DNA from: Dehalococcoidia bacterium
Lineage (GTDB): Bacteria; Chloroflexota; Dehalococcoidia; Plut-88900
Assembly: GCA_965197645.1 (NCBI GenBank)
Contig: OZ240219.1
Span: 2,624,001 to 2,688,000 of the forward strand
Length of the DNA: 64,000 bases
Reading direction: 5' to 3'
The notes beneath the pieces were generated by a model. That model was not told where the DNA came from and searched no databases. It saw only the letters and a program-made list of their open reading frames with translations. Of this stretch, positions 9,129 through 17,896 are shown one piece after another. The position numbers and the translations under genes are program-made. Positions within the stretch are counted from its first letter, which is position 1, and each line of letters opens with the position of its first letter.

Positions 9129-10547
9129 CTAGTCAACGGACGGCGCTTTTCTCATGAACCAGGTCGGCACCAGAGCCAGCAGGCACGCTCCCATAGCGGC
9201 GAGGAAGAAACCTTCAAACACGTTCAGCCCAACGTCGGTCAGCTCCGTTGCGTACTCTGGGTCCGCAATGGAGACGGCAATGTCGGATACCAGGACATCG
9301 AACCGGTTGGTGCCCCATGAGGAGAGGGCCGCTAAGCCCACCGTCATACCGACCATTCTCATTACGGTCAACAGCGCTGCCGCCGTGCCCATGTCGGCCG
9401 CCCGCACCGAGTCGATTGCGGCCGAAGCAATGGGCGCAATGACCAGACCGAAGCCGAGTCCGGCCAGGACCAGGTGCACCGTCATTATCGGATCGGCGAT
9501 ATCCACGCCCCATCCGCTCAGGAAATAGAATCCCAGCGCGCTCAGCAGCAGGCCTGCGCCAGTTGGAATTCGATAGCCGAGGCGGGAAGCGACAAAGCCC
9601 CCGATGATGGCGCCAACCGGTATCGCAGCGGTAAGCCGCACGAGACGCAGCCCCCCTTCCAGCGGTTCCTGGCCCAGCACCGTGTTGGTTATCAATGGCA
9701 CCGTGACCATCGCTATGATCAGGGCCACGCCGACCAGGAAATGGGTGGCGTTGGCCCCGGCAAAGGCGCTGTGCCTGAACAGGCTAGAGGGGGTGAGGGG
9801 GTTCGGGCTGGCCCGCTGGCTCAGGATGTACAAGACCAAGAGCACGATTCCCACTCCCAAGCCCACGGCCGCCAGCAAGGCCAGATCGCGCCACCTGGAC
9901 AGGGCCAGGGTGACGACTATCAGGATCAGGGCCAGGATTGCGCCGCCTCGGTAATCCACGGGTTGGGAAAGGCGTCGGCCGGCGGGAGTGAACATCAGCA
10001 GCAGAGCCACCGCTACCAGCACCAGGGGAACATTGATCCAGAAGACCCACCTCCAGTCCAGCGCGTTGTCGATTAGACTGCCCCACAAAGGCCCGATGAC
10101 GCCCCCCGCTTCCGCCGACGCCCCCACGATCCCCAGGGCGACAGGTCTTCGATCCTCGGGCAGGAGGCTGCCGGTTAGAGCTATCGTGACCGGGACCACG
10201 GCGCCTCCACCCACGGCCTGGAACACCCGGAACACCACCAGGGTGGCCAGGTTCTGCGAGACGGCCACCAGCACCGATCCGATCAGGAAGATCAGCATCG
10301 CCAGAATGTAGACGCGGCGATGGCCGTAGACGTCGGAGATGCGGCCCATCAGGGGCATGACCGCCGTGTATCCCAGTAGGTAGCCAGTGATGGTCCATGA
10401 GACCTGGTCCAGCTCGTTGATGCCGAGACGGAAGTCGGCCATGATGCTGGGGAGGATGGTAACGACGACGGTCTGGTCGTCGGCGGCGATGAATACACCC
10501 AGGCAGGCGACCAGAATGGTCAGGTAGGGGGAGCCGCGCCTCGTCAT
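9129..10547 (-). CDS. 14-TMS MFS transporter (DHA2/P55-like)
   Basis: DQTVVVTILP, GRISDVYGHRR, WRWVFWINVP. Confidence 0.92.
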   Translation of the reverse strand: MTRRGSPYLTILVACLGVFIAADDQTVVVTILPSIMADFRLGINELDQVSWTITGYLLGYTAVMPLMGRISDVYGHRRVYILAMLIFLIGSVLVAVSQNLATLVVFRVFQAVGGGAVVPVTIALTGSLLPEDRRPVALGIVGASAEAGGVIGPLWGSLIDNALDWRWVFWINVPLVLVAVALLLMFTPAGRRLSQPVDYRGGAILALILIVVTLALSRWRDLALLAAVGLGVGIVLLVLYILSQRASPNPLTPSSLFRHSAFAGANATHFLVGVALIIAMVTVPLITNTVLGQEPLEGGLRLVRLTAAIPVGAIIGGFVASRLGYRIPTGAGLLLSALGFYFLSGWGVDIADPIMTVHLVLAGLGFGLVIAPIASAAIDSVRAADMGTAAALLTVMRMVGMTVGLAALSSWGTNRFDVLVSDIAVSIADPEYATELTDVGLNVFEGFFLAAMGACLLALVPTWFMRKAPSVD

Positions 10548-10559
10548 GACCGCATTATA
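10548..10559 (-). promoter_or_regulatory. -10 element for a likely leaderless MFS transcript
   Basis: Perfect TATAAT (10559-10554) 6 nt before the ATG; no Shine-Dalgarno. Confidence 0.55.
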
Positions 10560-10577
10560 AGGTTAGCGAGGTTAGGG

Positions 10578-11348
10578 CTAGGGGGAGGAGTCAATTACGG
10601 GCGCCTCGATGGTGAAGGGCTGATCGAAGTCGGAGAGGGTTAGGGTCCTGAATATGCCGTCGTCCTCGTCGCTGGTGATACGGCCGTCCAGGGTTATCTG
10701 TCGCACCAGGAAATCGTCCATGCCGATCCATATCTCGGCATCCAGGATGATTCCCTCGACTGCGGACGCGAAGATCGAACGCAGGCTCTCCGAGGCCACC
10801 TTGCCCGCCACGTGGAATACGGGGACCTCGCCGAGGAACGTTTCAGCGATGAGCGTAGGTTCCTTAGCCTCCCTGATGATCGCCCCCACGCCCCTGGCGG
10901 GATCGAAGAAGCCGCCGGGCTTGATAGCGATGGAGATATCCTCGAACTCGCCGGTGAAGGGATTGGTCAAATAGGTGCTGTCACCGATGGCTATGGTGGT
11001 TACCTCCACGTAAAGGCCCCTAATGTTGGCCTCGATGTTCGCCGAGAGCTTGTCCGGCGCAACGGCGTTCCCCACCACTTTCTCCATCTCCAGTCCCATG
11101 GCAATGGGGGTGCCGCCGCCTTGGTGGTCCAACGTGAAATGAAAGGACTCGAGGGCCTCGAACCTTTCGGCGGCATTGGCAAGGACCTGCTGGACGGAAA
11201 GCGTCGTTGCTGTCTCGGTGGGAGTGGCAGTTACACCGGAACGGCAGGCCAATGAGAGCATAAGGGCCATCGTCAGCACCAGGGCTATTGCCGGTATCGT
11301 GGGGGGCCACGCCTTCAGGTGGGTAATCTTCGAGCAGCTGATTTTCAC
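10578..11348 (-). CDS. LppX/LprAFG-family lipoprotein
   Basis: Lipobox LSLAC, LESFHFTL, APDKL, YLTNPFTG, LSDFDQPFTIEAP. Confidence 0.8.
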   Translation of the reverse strand: MKISCSKITHLKAWPPTIPAIALVLTMALMLSLACRSGVTATPTETATTLSVQQVLANAAERFEALESFHFTLDHQGGGTPIAMGLEMEKVVGNAVAPDKLSANIEANIRGLYVEVTTIAIGDSTYLTNPFTGEFEDISIAIKPGGFFDPARGVGAIIREAKEPTLIAETFLGEVPVFHVAGKVASESLRSIFASAVEGIILDAEIWIGMDDFLVRQITLDGRITSDEDDGIFRTLTLSDFDQPFTIEAPVIDSSP

Positions 11349-11471
11349 AGTGTCACCCGGTGTCGGTCTGATTCGTAATCGGCTTCAGGTCTTGAAATCT
11401 CATCCCCTCAATTCGCATCCATTGTACCCGGTTAGACTAGATGGGTATGTTAGAATAGCGCAGGTGCTCAG

Positions 11472-12107
11472 ATGGAAGACCCAAGTTTACTGTCTCTGAT
11501 CCTGTCAGCCCTCGGAGCATACGTTATCGGCTCCATCCCCACGGCCTTTCTGGTGGTGAAACGTTTCTCCGGGCAAAACGTGATGGAGCAGGGGACCGGA
11601 AATGTAGGTACCCTCAACACCCTCAGGGCCACCGGTTCCAAGAAACTGACTGCCCTCGTGCTGCTCGGGGACTCCGGAAAAGGGGCGCTGGCCCTGCTGC
11701 TGAGTTACCTGGTTGCCCTCGGGTTCGGCCACGAACCGGAACTGCTGATGCAGGTAGGCGGGCTGGTGGCTATAGTCGGTCACAACTACTCCGCATTCCT
11801 GAAGCTGAAGGGAGGCAAGGGTCTGGCCACGGCGCTGCCCGTGCTGCTCTATCTGGAACCTATTTTGGTGGGGGTGTGGGTCGGCGCCTTCCTGCTTTCC
11901 GTTGCGACGACACGCCTGATGGTCATGGGTCAGATTATGGGGACGGTGGCGGCGGCCATCGTGGGAGCGGCCGCCTTTGGAGACTCCAGCATACCTGTGG
12001 GCATCCTGGCCGCCCTCGTTTTCATCAAGCACGCACCGAGGTTGAGGAATGTATTTAACGGCACCGAGCCGAAGATGTACTACAAGATCAAGGAGGCGGG
12101 CCGGTAG
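11472..12107 (+). CDS. plsY: Glycerol-3-phosphate acyltransferase PlsY-like (divergent)
   Basis: GSIP, GTGNVGTLNTLR, DSGKG, GHNY, GGKGLAT, GTEPK. Confidence 0.8.
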   Translation: MEDPSLLSLILSALGAYVIGSIPTAFLVVKRFSGQNVMEQGTGNVGTLNTLRATGSKKLTALVLLGDSGKGALALLLSYLVALGFGHEPELLMQVGGLVAIVGHNYSAFLKLKGGKGLATALPVLLYLEPILVGVWVGAFLLSVATTRLMVMGQIMGTVAAAIVGAAAFGDSSIPVGILAALVFIKHAPRLRNVFNGTEPKMYYKIKEAGR

Positions 12108-12125
12108 TCGGGCTCGGACCCATCG

Positions 12126-14297
12126 ATGCTAAGGCTGTACAACACACTCAGCAGGACCACCGACGAGATTAGAACGGTCACCCCGGGCCTGGTCAGGATG
12201 TACACCTGCGGCCCAACCGTCTACAGGGACGTCCACATCGGAAACCTGCGTTCCTACCTCATGGCGGACTGGATTCGCCGCACCCTGGAGTACCAGCAAT
12301 ACGAGGTGCTGCACGTCAAGAACATAACCGACGTGGGCCACATGCGGCAGGAGATGCTGGAGCAGGGTGAAGACAAGGTAATTGCCGAGGCGCTGGCCAA
12401 GGGCAGGACACCCCAGGAGATAGCCCAGCACTACACCGATTCCTTCCACCGAGACGAAGAGAAAGTCAACATTCTGCCCGCCCGATACTTCCCCAAGGCT
12501 ACCGACCACGTTCCGGAAATGGTGAGCCTGACCGAGACTCTGCTAGGCAAAGGCTCTGCCTACGAGGTCAATGGAAACGTCTACTTCGACGTGGACAACT
12601 CCCCCAGCTACGGCAAGCTATCCGGCAACACGGGCCAAGACATGCTGACCGGCGTCCGGATGGAGGCCGACCCCCAGAAACGAGACCCCAGGGACTTCAC
12701 TCTGTGGAAAGCCGCCGAACCGGGCAGGGAGCTCAAGTGGCCCAGCCCGTGGGGAGATGGGTTCCCCGGATGGCACATCGAATGCTCAGCCATGGCGGTC
12801 AAGTACCTGGGCACCGAGGTGGACCTGCATACCGGGGGAGTGGACAACATCTTTCCCCATCACGAAGGGGAGTTGGCGCAGAGCGAGGGGGCATACGGCG
12901 AACCCTACGTTCGGTGCTGGACCCACGGTCAGCACCTGCTAGCCGATGGGACCAAGATGGCCAAATCGGCGGCCAACGACTACACCTTATCGGACCTCGA
13001 ATCGCGAGGGTTCGATCCGCTGGCCTTGCGCTACCTGTGTCTCACGGTAAGGTACCGGACGCGATTGAATTTCACCTTCTCGGCCCTGAGGGCCGCCCAG
13101 AAGGGGCTGCAGAGGCTTCGCAACAGGGTTTGGGAATGGTCTACCATTGCGGAGAATGGCAGAGAACAGGAAAAGAGCGAGAGCTGGCGCACGGCTTTTC
13201 TGGAGCGCATCAACGATAATCTGGATATGCCCGGCGCACTCGTCGTAACGTGGGCGGCGGTCGGTTCGGAGCTGGACCCGGCTACCAAGCTAAAACTCTT
13301 GCTGGAGTTTGACCAAGTCCTGGGGCTGGGTCTTTCGGAGGTGCCGGAACGGTACGAGCCCACTGACCAGGTCCGCCGGCTGGTGGCGCAACGCCAGCCG
13401 CTGCGGGGGCAGAGCCTATTCGAGGATGCGGACCGGCTTCGCACCGAGGCTGGGTCGCTGGGATACGTGGTGGAGGATACGTCCAGCGGCAGCAGGGTAA
13501 GGCCCAAATCGGAGTTGGAGAAGAGAGAGCAGTTATGGCGGTCGATATCTTCTCCCAGGGAAGTGCCCTCGCTGCTGTCTCGCCCGGATGAGCTGGAATT
13601 CTCGGTAAACATCGTGGCCAGGGACCATCTAGAGGACATACGGAGGTGCGTGGAGGGCGTGCTGGAGTGGGGCCCTGGCAGCTCCATAGAGGCAGTGGTC
13701 GTCGACAACGGAGCCGAGGACAGTATCGGCCGGTGGCTGGAGGGCCTGTCCAAGGAGGACAGCCGGCTCCGGGTGTTCCACGCCGACCACGTCCTGGGAG
13801 AGGCGCAAGCCAGGAACATCTGCTTGGCTCAGAGCCTGGGCAAAAACGTCGTGCTCTTGGACACGAGCGTGGAGCTTAAAGGCGACATTTTTACGCCGAT
13901 AGCCCAGGCACTGGCAGGCAACTATGGCGGAGTGGTGGGGCCCTGGGGCCTCCGGTCCGAGGACTTCCATCACTTCCACGAAGAGATTACCGACGGCCTG
14001 TGCGATGCTATGCAGCTCTACTGCTTCGCCTTCCCTCGTGGTCTGGTATCGGAGATAGGCCTGCTGAGGGAAAGCTTTCGCTTTTACCGTAACCTGGATA
14101 TCGATTACAGCTTCCATTTCAAGGACAAAGGCTACAGCATCAGGGCCATTCCCAACTTGCCGCTGGAGCGCCACACCCACCGGGAGTGGGAGCGTCTCAG
14201 CCACGGTGAGCGTGACAAGCTGAGCCGGGTCAACTGGAAGCGTATGTTCAAGAAATGGGGTCATCGCAAGGACTTGTTGACGGCTTCCCACTCATAA
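12126..14297 (+). CDS. cysS: Cysteine--tRNA ligase fused to a C-terminal GT-A (family-2-like) glycosyltransferase domain
   Basis: YTCGPTVY, HIGN, NITDVGH, PGWHIECSAM, HTGGVDNIFPHHE, KMAKS, ADRLR...GYVVED; then VVVDNG...ARNICL...VLLDTSVEL. Confidence 0.88.
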   Translation: MLRLYNTLSRTTDEIRTVTPGLVRMYTCGPTVYRDVHIGNLRSYLMADWIRRTLEYQQYEVLHVKNITDVGHMRQEMLEQGEDKVIAEALAKGRTPQEIAQHYTDSFHRDEEKVNILPARYFPKATDHVPEMVSLTETLLGKGSAYEVNGNVYFDVDNSPSYGKLSGNTGQDMLTGVRMEADPQKRDPRDFTLWKAAEPGRELKWPSPWGDGFPGWHIECSAMAVKYLGTEVDLHTGGVDNIFPHHEGELAQSEGAYGEPYVRCWTHGQHLLADGTKMAKSAANDYTLSDLESRGFDPLALRYLCLTVRYRTRLNFTFSALRAAQKGLQRLRNRVWEWSTIAENGREQEKSESWRTAFLERINDNLDMPGALVVTWAAVGSELDPATKLKLLLEFDQVLGLGLSEVPERYEPTDQVRRLVAQRQPLRGQSLFEDADRLRTEAGSLGYVVEDTSSGSRVRPKSELEKREQLWRSISSPREVPSLLSRPDELEFSVNIVARDHLEDIRRCVEGVLEWGPGSSIEAVVVDNGAEDSIGRWLEGLSKEDSRLRVFHADHVLGEAQARNICLAQSLGKNVVLLDTSVELKGDIFTPIAQALAGNYGGVVGPWGLRSEDFHHFHEEITDGLCDAMQLYCFAFPRGLVSEIGLLRESFRFYRNLDIDYSFHFKDKGYSIRAIPNLPLERHTHREWERLSHGERDKLSRVNWKRMFKKWGHRKDLLTASHS

Positions 14298-14350
14298 GCG
14301 GTCCGAACACCATAAACGGTCAATATTTAGCCTATTAACTCGACATAACT

Positions 14351-15673
14351 ATGAAAGCACTACTGATAATCCCCGATGGACTGGGAGACCGGCCCGCCCC
14401 TGAGCTGGATGGTCAGACCCCGTTGGAAGCAGCCCACACACCCAACATGGACCGGCTGGCCGATGCCGGCATCAACGGTCTGTACAGCGTGTTCGGTCCC
14501 GGGATACCTGTCGGCAGCCCGATAGCGATCCACGTGATGTTCGGCTACGATCCCAAGGACTTTCCAGACCGTGGGGTGCTGCTCTCGGTAGCCAGGGGAC
14601 TGGAGACCAGCTACGACGACGTGGTCCTGGCGGCCCGGTTCGCCAGTGCGGCGCCGCAGAACGGTACTCTGCGCCTCATGGACAGGTTCATGCGAGGCCG
14701 GGAAGAGGCGTGTGAGGCCCTGTCTAAAGAGATCAGCCACTACGAGTCCGATGGTCTGACCTTCAGGTACACCTATTGCGGCAAAGGAGACGGCAACCTC
14801 TTCATCTCCGGTGGCGCCAGCCCGGATATCACAGATTCCGACCCCCTGGGTCTCGATCTCCCCGTCCTTAAGATAGAGGCGCTGGAAGGTTCGGCAGACC
14901 CGGAAGCAGCCCAGAGGACGGCCGCCGCTTTGAACCGGTACCTTTCATGGGCGTACGCAAAGATGAAGGACCACCCGGCGGCCTCCGGCGAGAATCCGGC
15001 CAACTTCCTCATCACCAAGTGGTCCGGCAAGAGAGTGAGGCTCGAGCCGTTTCCGGACAGGTACGGACTAAAGGCGGCCAGCATTCCCGACGAAGAGGTG
15101 GTCAAGGGGGTGGTGTCCGAGATGGGGATACAAACCGTCGACCTGCCCCGAATCATGGATGCGGAAAAGGATGTAAAGGACCGGTTGGAAGTGGCCGACA
15201 AGCTCTTCACAGAAGGCTACGAGTTCGTGCACCTCCACACCAAGGAGCCCGACTTCACATCCCATTGGAACGATCCGGTGAAGACCAAGGATGCTCTCGA
15301 GGACTGGGACCGAGGGTTTGCCGACTACTGGGAACGGTTCGGGGGCGACGAAGATCTGCTGACCATACTTACCTCCGATCACACCACGCCCAGCAAGTGG
15401 CAGGGCCTGGTGCCCGGCGACTTCAACGACCAGCACTCCGGAGAGCCCTGTTCGATGACGATAGCCGGCCGGCACGTGCGCCGAGACCACGTGGACAGGA
15501 TGGGCGAGCGTCCCGCTGCCACCGGTGGCCTGGGACTGGTCCGCGGCGGTGAGCTGATGGACCTGGTGCTGGCGTTAACGGACCGCACCAACCTCTACGG
15601 CATGCGCCCCACCCCGAGACCCCGCAAGTATCGCCCAACCAACGTCGAACCCTTCCGTATAGCCTCCGATTGA
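14351..15673 (+). CDS. ApgM-like alkaline-phosphatase-superfamily mutase/phosphotransferase (second paralog)
   Basis: DGLGDRP, TPLEAAHTPNMD, GS, FGYDP, HTKEPDFTSH, TSDHTTP, HSGEP. Confidence 0.8.
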   Translation: MKALLIIPDGLGDRPAPELDGQTPLEAAHTPNMDRLADAGINGLYSVFGPGIPVGSPIAIHVMFGYDPKDFPDRGVLLSVARGLETSYDDVVLAARFASAAPQNGTLRLMDRFMRGREEACEALSKEISHYESDGLTFRYTYCGKGDGNLFISGGASPDITDSDPLGLDLPVLKIEALEGSADPEAAQRTAAALNRYLSWAYAKMKDHPAASGENPANFLITKWSGKRVRLEPFPDRYGLKAASIPDEEVVKGVVSEMGIQTVDLPRIMDAEKDVKDRLEVADKLFTEGYEFVHLHTKEPDFTSHWNDPVKTKDALEDWDRGFADYWERFGGDEDLLTILTSDHTTPSKWQGLVPGDFNDQHSGEPCSMTIAGRHVRRDHVDRMGERPAATGGLGLVRGGELMDLVLALTDRTNLYGMRPTPRPRKYRPTNVEPFRIASD

Positions 15674-16012
15674 CGTTCCATCTTCGTCAAACCCGCTGTT
15701 CGGCGGAGGGCATTTGACATCAATCTCTCTTCGAACCTAGTCTTGAACCCAGTCCTTGCCGAGGTTTGACAAACGGGTGTAGAATTCCTGGTGTCACCAC
15801 CAACTGAGAGACTAGCGAGTCTCTGCGCGACGTTTCCATTGCCCGACAGATTCGGGGCAATGGCAAATGATTGCCGGCACGTTCACAACGGGATAGAAGG
15901 GGGTGAAAGCAGGTAGTGTAGGCCGCTGTATAGTCGCTACCGCAAAGACCAAAGCGGAACAGGTCAAGACCCCACGAGCCCAACGCTTATAGTGTTGAAA
16001 AGGAGTTACTGA

Positions 16013-16549
16013 ATGGAATCGTTTGTTTTCATAGTTATTGGTGCGGTGCTCTTCGCACAGGGTTGGAACCTGATCAGGGTAGTTGACCTGAGAACGGTGG
16101 GCTTTCTCGCCGGCGCTGGCGCCATTGGCATCCTGGGCGTAATCACCATAGGAGACATTCCAATGGCCTCCGATGGCATTTCCATGGCAGTAGCGGTGTC
16201 CATGGCCGTGTTGCTGGCCATGTACGCAGCGGTGTTGGCCGCCGTAGGCCTCTGGGACTTCGATTCCCGTACCCTGGGACTCTACTCCCTCTTCCTGGCG
16301 ATAGTCGTGCTGGTCCTTGGCGTCGGCGTTTACATTGGACTGATAGAGGACGCCAACCTTGAAATAAGCGACGCCGAAATCGTGCTAGGGGTAGGGATGT
16401 TGATCCTGGCGGCTCTGTTCGGCATGTTGTTCATCACCCTGGTACCGCCGCTCCGGAGGACGTATCAGACGATAACCGGTTACTGCGTCCTTGCCGGAGC
16501 CTCCGTAGTCACTCTACTTGGCCTAGTCGACTTCATAGAGATCGTGTAA
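16013..16549 (+). CDS. AmiS/UreI-like small-amide/urea channel membrane protein
   Basis: About 6 TM helices; GAVLF and D.RTLGLYSLFLA resemble AmiS/UreI; SD AAGGAG. Confidence 0.6.
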   Translation: MESFVFIVIGAVLFAQGWNLIRVVDLRTVGFLAGAGAIGILGVITIGDIPMASDGISMAVAVSMAVLLAMYAAVLAAVGLWDFDSRTLGLYSLFLAIVVLVLGVGVYIGLIEDANLEISDAEIVLGVGMLILAALFGMLFITLVPPLRRTYQTITGYCVLAGASVVTLLGLVDFIEIV

Positions 16550-16633
16550 GGACGTGTACAGATTGGCTACAACTAGGAACGGTCCATAGATCGGATCGTT
16601 GCGGGGACCACAAAACGAAATATCCCGTTGTCA

Positions 16634-16670
16634 GAAGAGGCGCTCCAGCCGGAGCGCCTCTTCCTTTTTC
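16634..16670 (+). terminator. Rho-independent terminator
   Basis: GAAGAGGCGCTCC-agcc-GGAGCGCCTCTTC followed by CTTTTTC. Confidence 0.85.
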
Positions 16671-16915
16671 CCGATTGAATCTCGGCATTCGGTGACGGAT
16701 ATACGAGTCAGCTATGCCGATGTATCAATGCCCGGCCCCCAGAGCCAATCACTCCATGTGTCAAGGTTTTCCGCTTGTTTCATTATGTCAATACGAACCC
16801 CTCCCCTGCTGGTGCATGGACATAACATATATAGTGCGAACCACTTCCAGGATGTTATTATGTCAAAGCAAGCCTTGATTTTGGCTACGCTGCTAGGTCC
16901 TCCCTTGGTCCTATG

Positions 16916-17896
16916 TCAACCGCCAATTTCATGTCCCGATAGCGCCTGAAGCGCAGCCGTGTATGGGTCTATCCTGTCGGACTCAACCTCTTGTAGCAGC
17001 GTAGAAAGTCGACCATCAGCGCTCGTTTGTTGGACAACCTGCGCCTCGGCCTCGTCCCTTATCGTCTGGAGAAACTCGTTTCTCCGGCGAGCGCGGCGCC
17101 TTTCCTGTATCGTGCCCGTTTCCATGGAGCTTTGCCGGTGGGCCTCTATCGAATCGGCCAACCCTTCGATCCCAATACCCTCATTGGCCTGGGTGTCGAG
17201 GACCAGTGGGATCCATGGCCGGCCCTCGCTCCCCATGGAGAGCATCGATGAGACGTACTTGACCATATCGTTGGAGCCGGGCCTGTCCGACTTGTTGACG
17301 ACAAAGACATCAGCGATCTCCATTAGGCCGGCCTTCATCGTCTGCAGGGAGTCGCCCCCTTCGGGCACCAGGACCACCACCACCGTGTCGGCCACATCCA
17401 TGATGTCCAGCTCGGCCTGACCCACGCCCACGGTTTCCACGATAATGAAGTCGGCCCCGAAGGCATCAAGGCACTTGACGGCCCTTCTAGTGGTCTTAGG
17501 CAAGCCGCCGTGACTCCCCCTGGTCGCCATGCTGCGTATGAAGACTCCCTGGTCCCGGTAGTGTCTCTGCATACGCACGCGGTCGGCCAGTATGGCGCCG
17601 CCTGAAAAGGGGCTGGTGGGGTCCGCGGCCAGGATGCCGACCGTGGGCGAACCCTCCTGCTTTCGGAGATTGAAGATCAGCTGATCCACCAGGGTGCTTT
17701 TCCCCGCACCAGGTGGGCCCGTAACTCCCAGGCAGTAGCCCTTACCGGCATGGGGATGGACGGCCTTGACCACCTCAGCAACGTCCAAGCCATCTCTCTC
17801 TATGATGGTGAGGAGCCGGGCGAGGGCACGCTTATCGCCTGTTACGAGCCTTTGTATAAGCTCTTGAGGCGCCTTCTGCCGGCGGTTAGCAGTCAT
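16916..17896 (-). CDS. meaB: MeaB/ArgK G3E-family GTPase (B12 mutase chaperone)
   Basis: GPPGAGKST, DPTSPFSGGAILADRVRM, RSMATRG, ETVGVGQ, NKSD; ATG at 17896 overlaps the LysR stop (ATGA). Confidence 0.9.
   Translation of the reverse strand: MTANRRQKAPQELIQRLVTGDKRALARLLTIIERDGLDVAEVVKAVHPHAGKGYCLGVTGPPGAGKSTLVDQLIFNLRKQEGSPTVGILAADPTSPFSGGAILADRVRMQRHYRDQGVFIRSMATRGSHGGLPKTTRRAVKCLDAFGADFIIVETVGVGQAELDIMDVADTVVVVLVPEGGDSLQTMKAGLMEIADVFVVNKSDRPGSNDMVKYVSSMLSMGSEGRPWIPLVLDTQANEGIGIEGLADSIEAHRQSSMETGTIQERRRARRRNEFLQTIRDEAEAQVVQQTSADGRLSTLLQEVESDRIDPYTAALQALSGHEIGG

Noticed and set aside
12126-14297. MshC (mycothiol ligase) call
   Set aside because: The anticodon-binding C-terminal region is present and motifs are CysRS-like
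15880-15970. Named riboswitch (guanidine-I, c-di-GMP-I, cobalamin, T-box) before the AmiS-like gene
   Set aside because: Only fragmentary motif matches; core consensus elements are missing, so it is kept only as an unnamed candidate
16820-16838. NrdR box-like ACATATATAGTG
   Set aside because: Only half of the consensus matches and no nrd gene is adjacent
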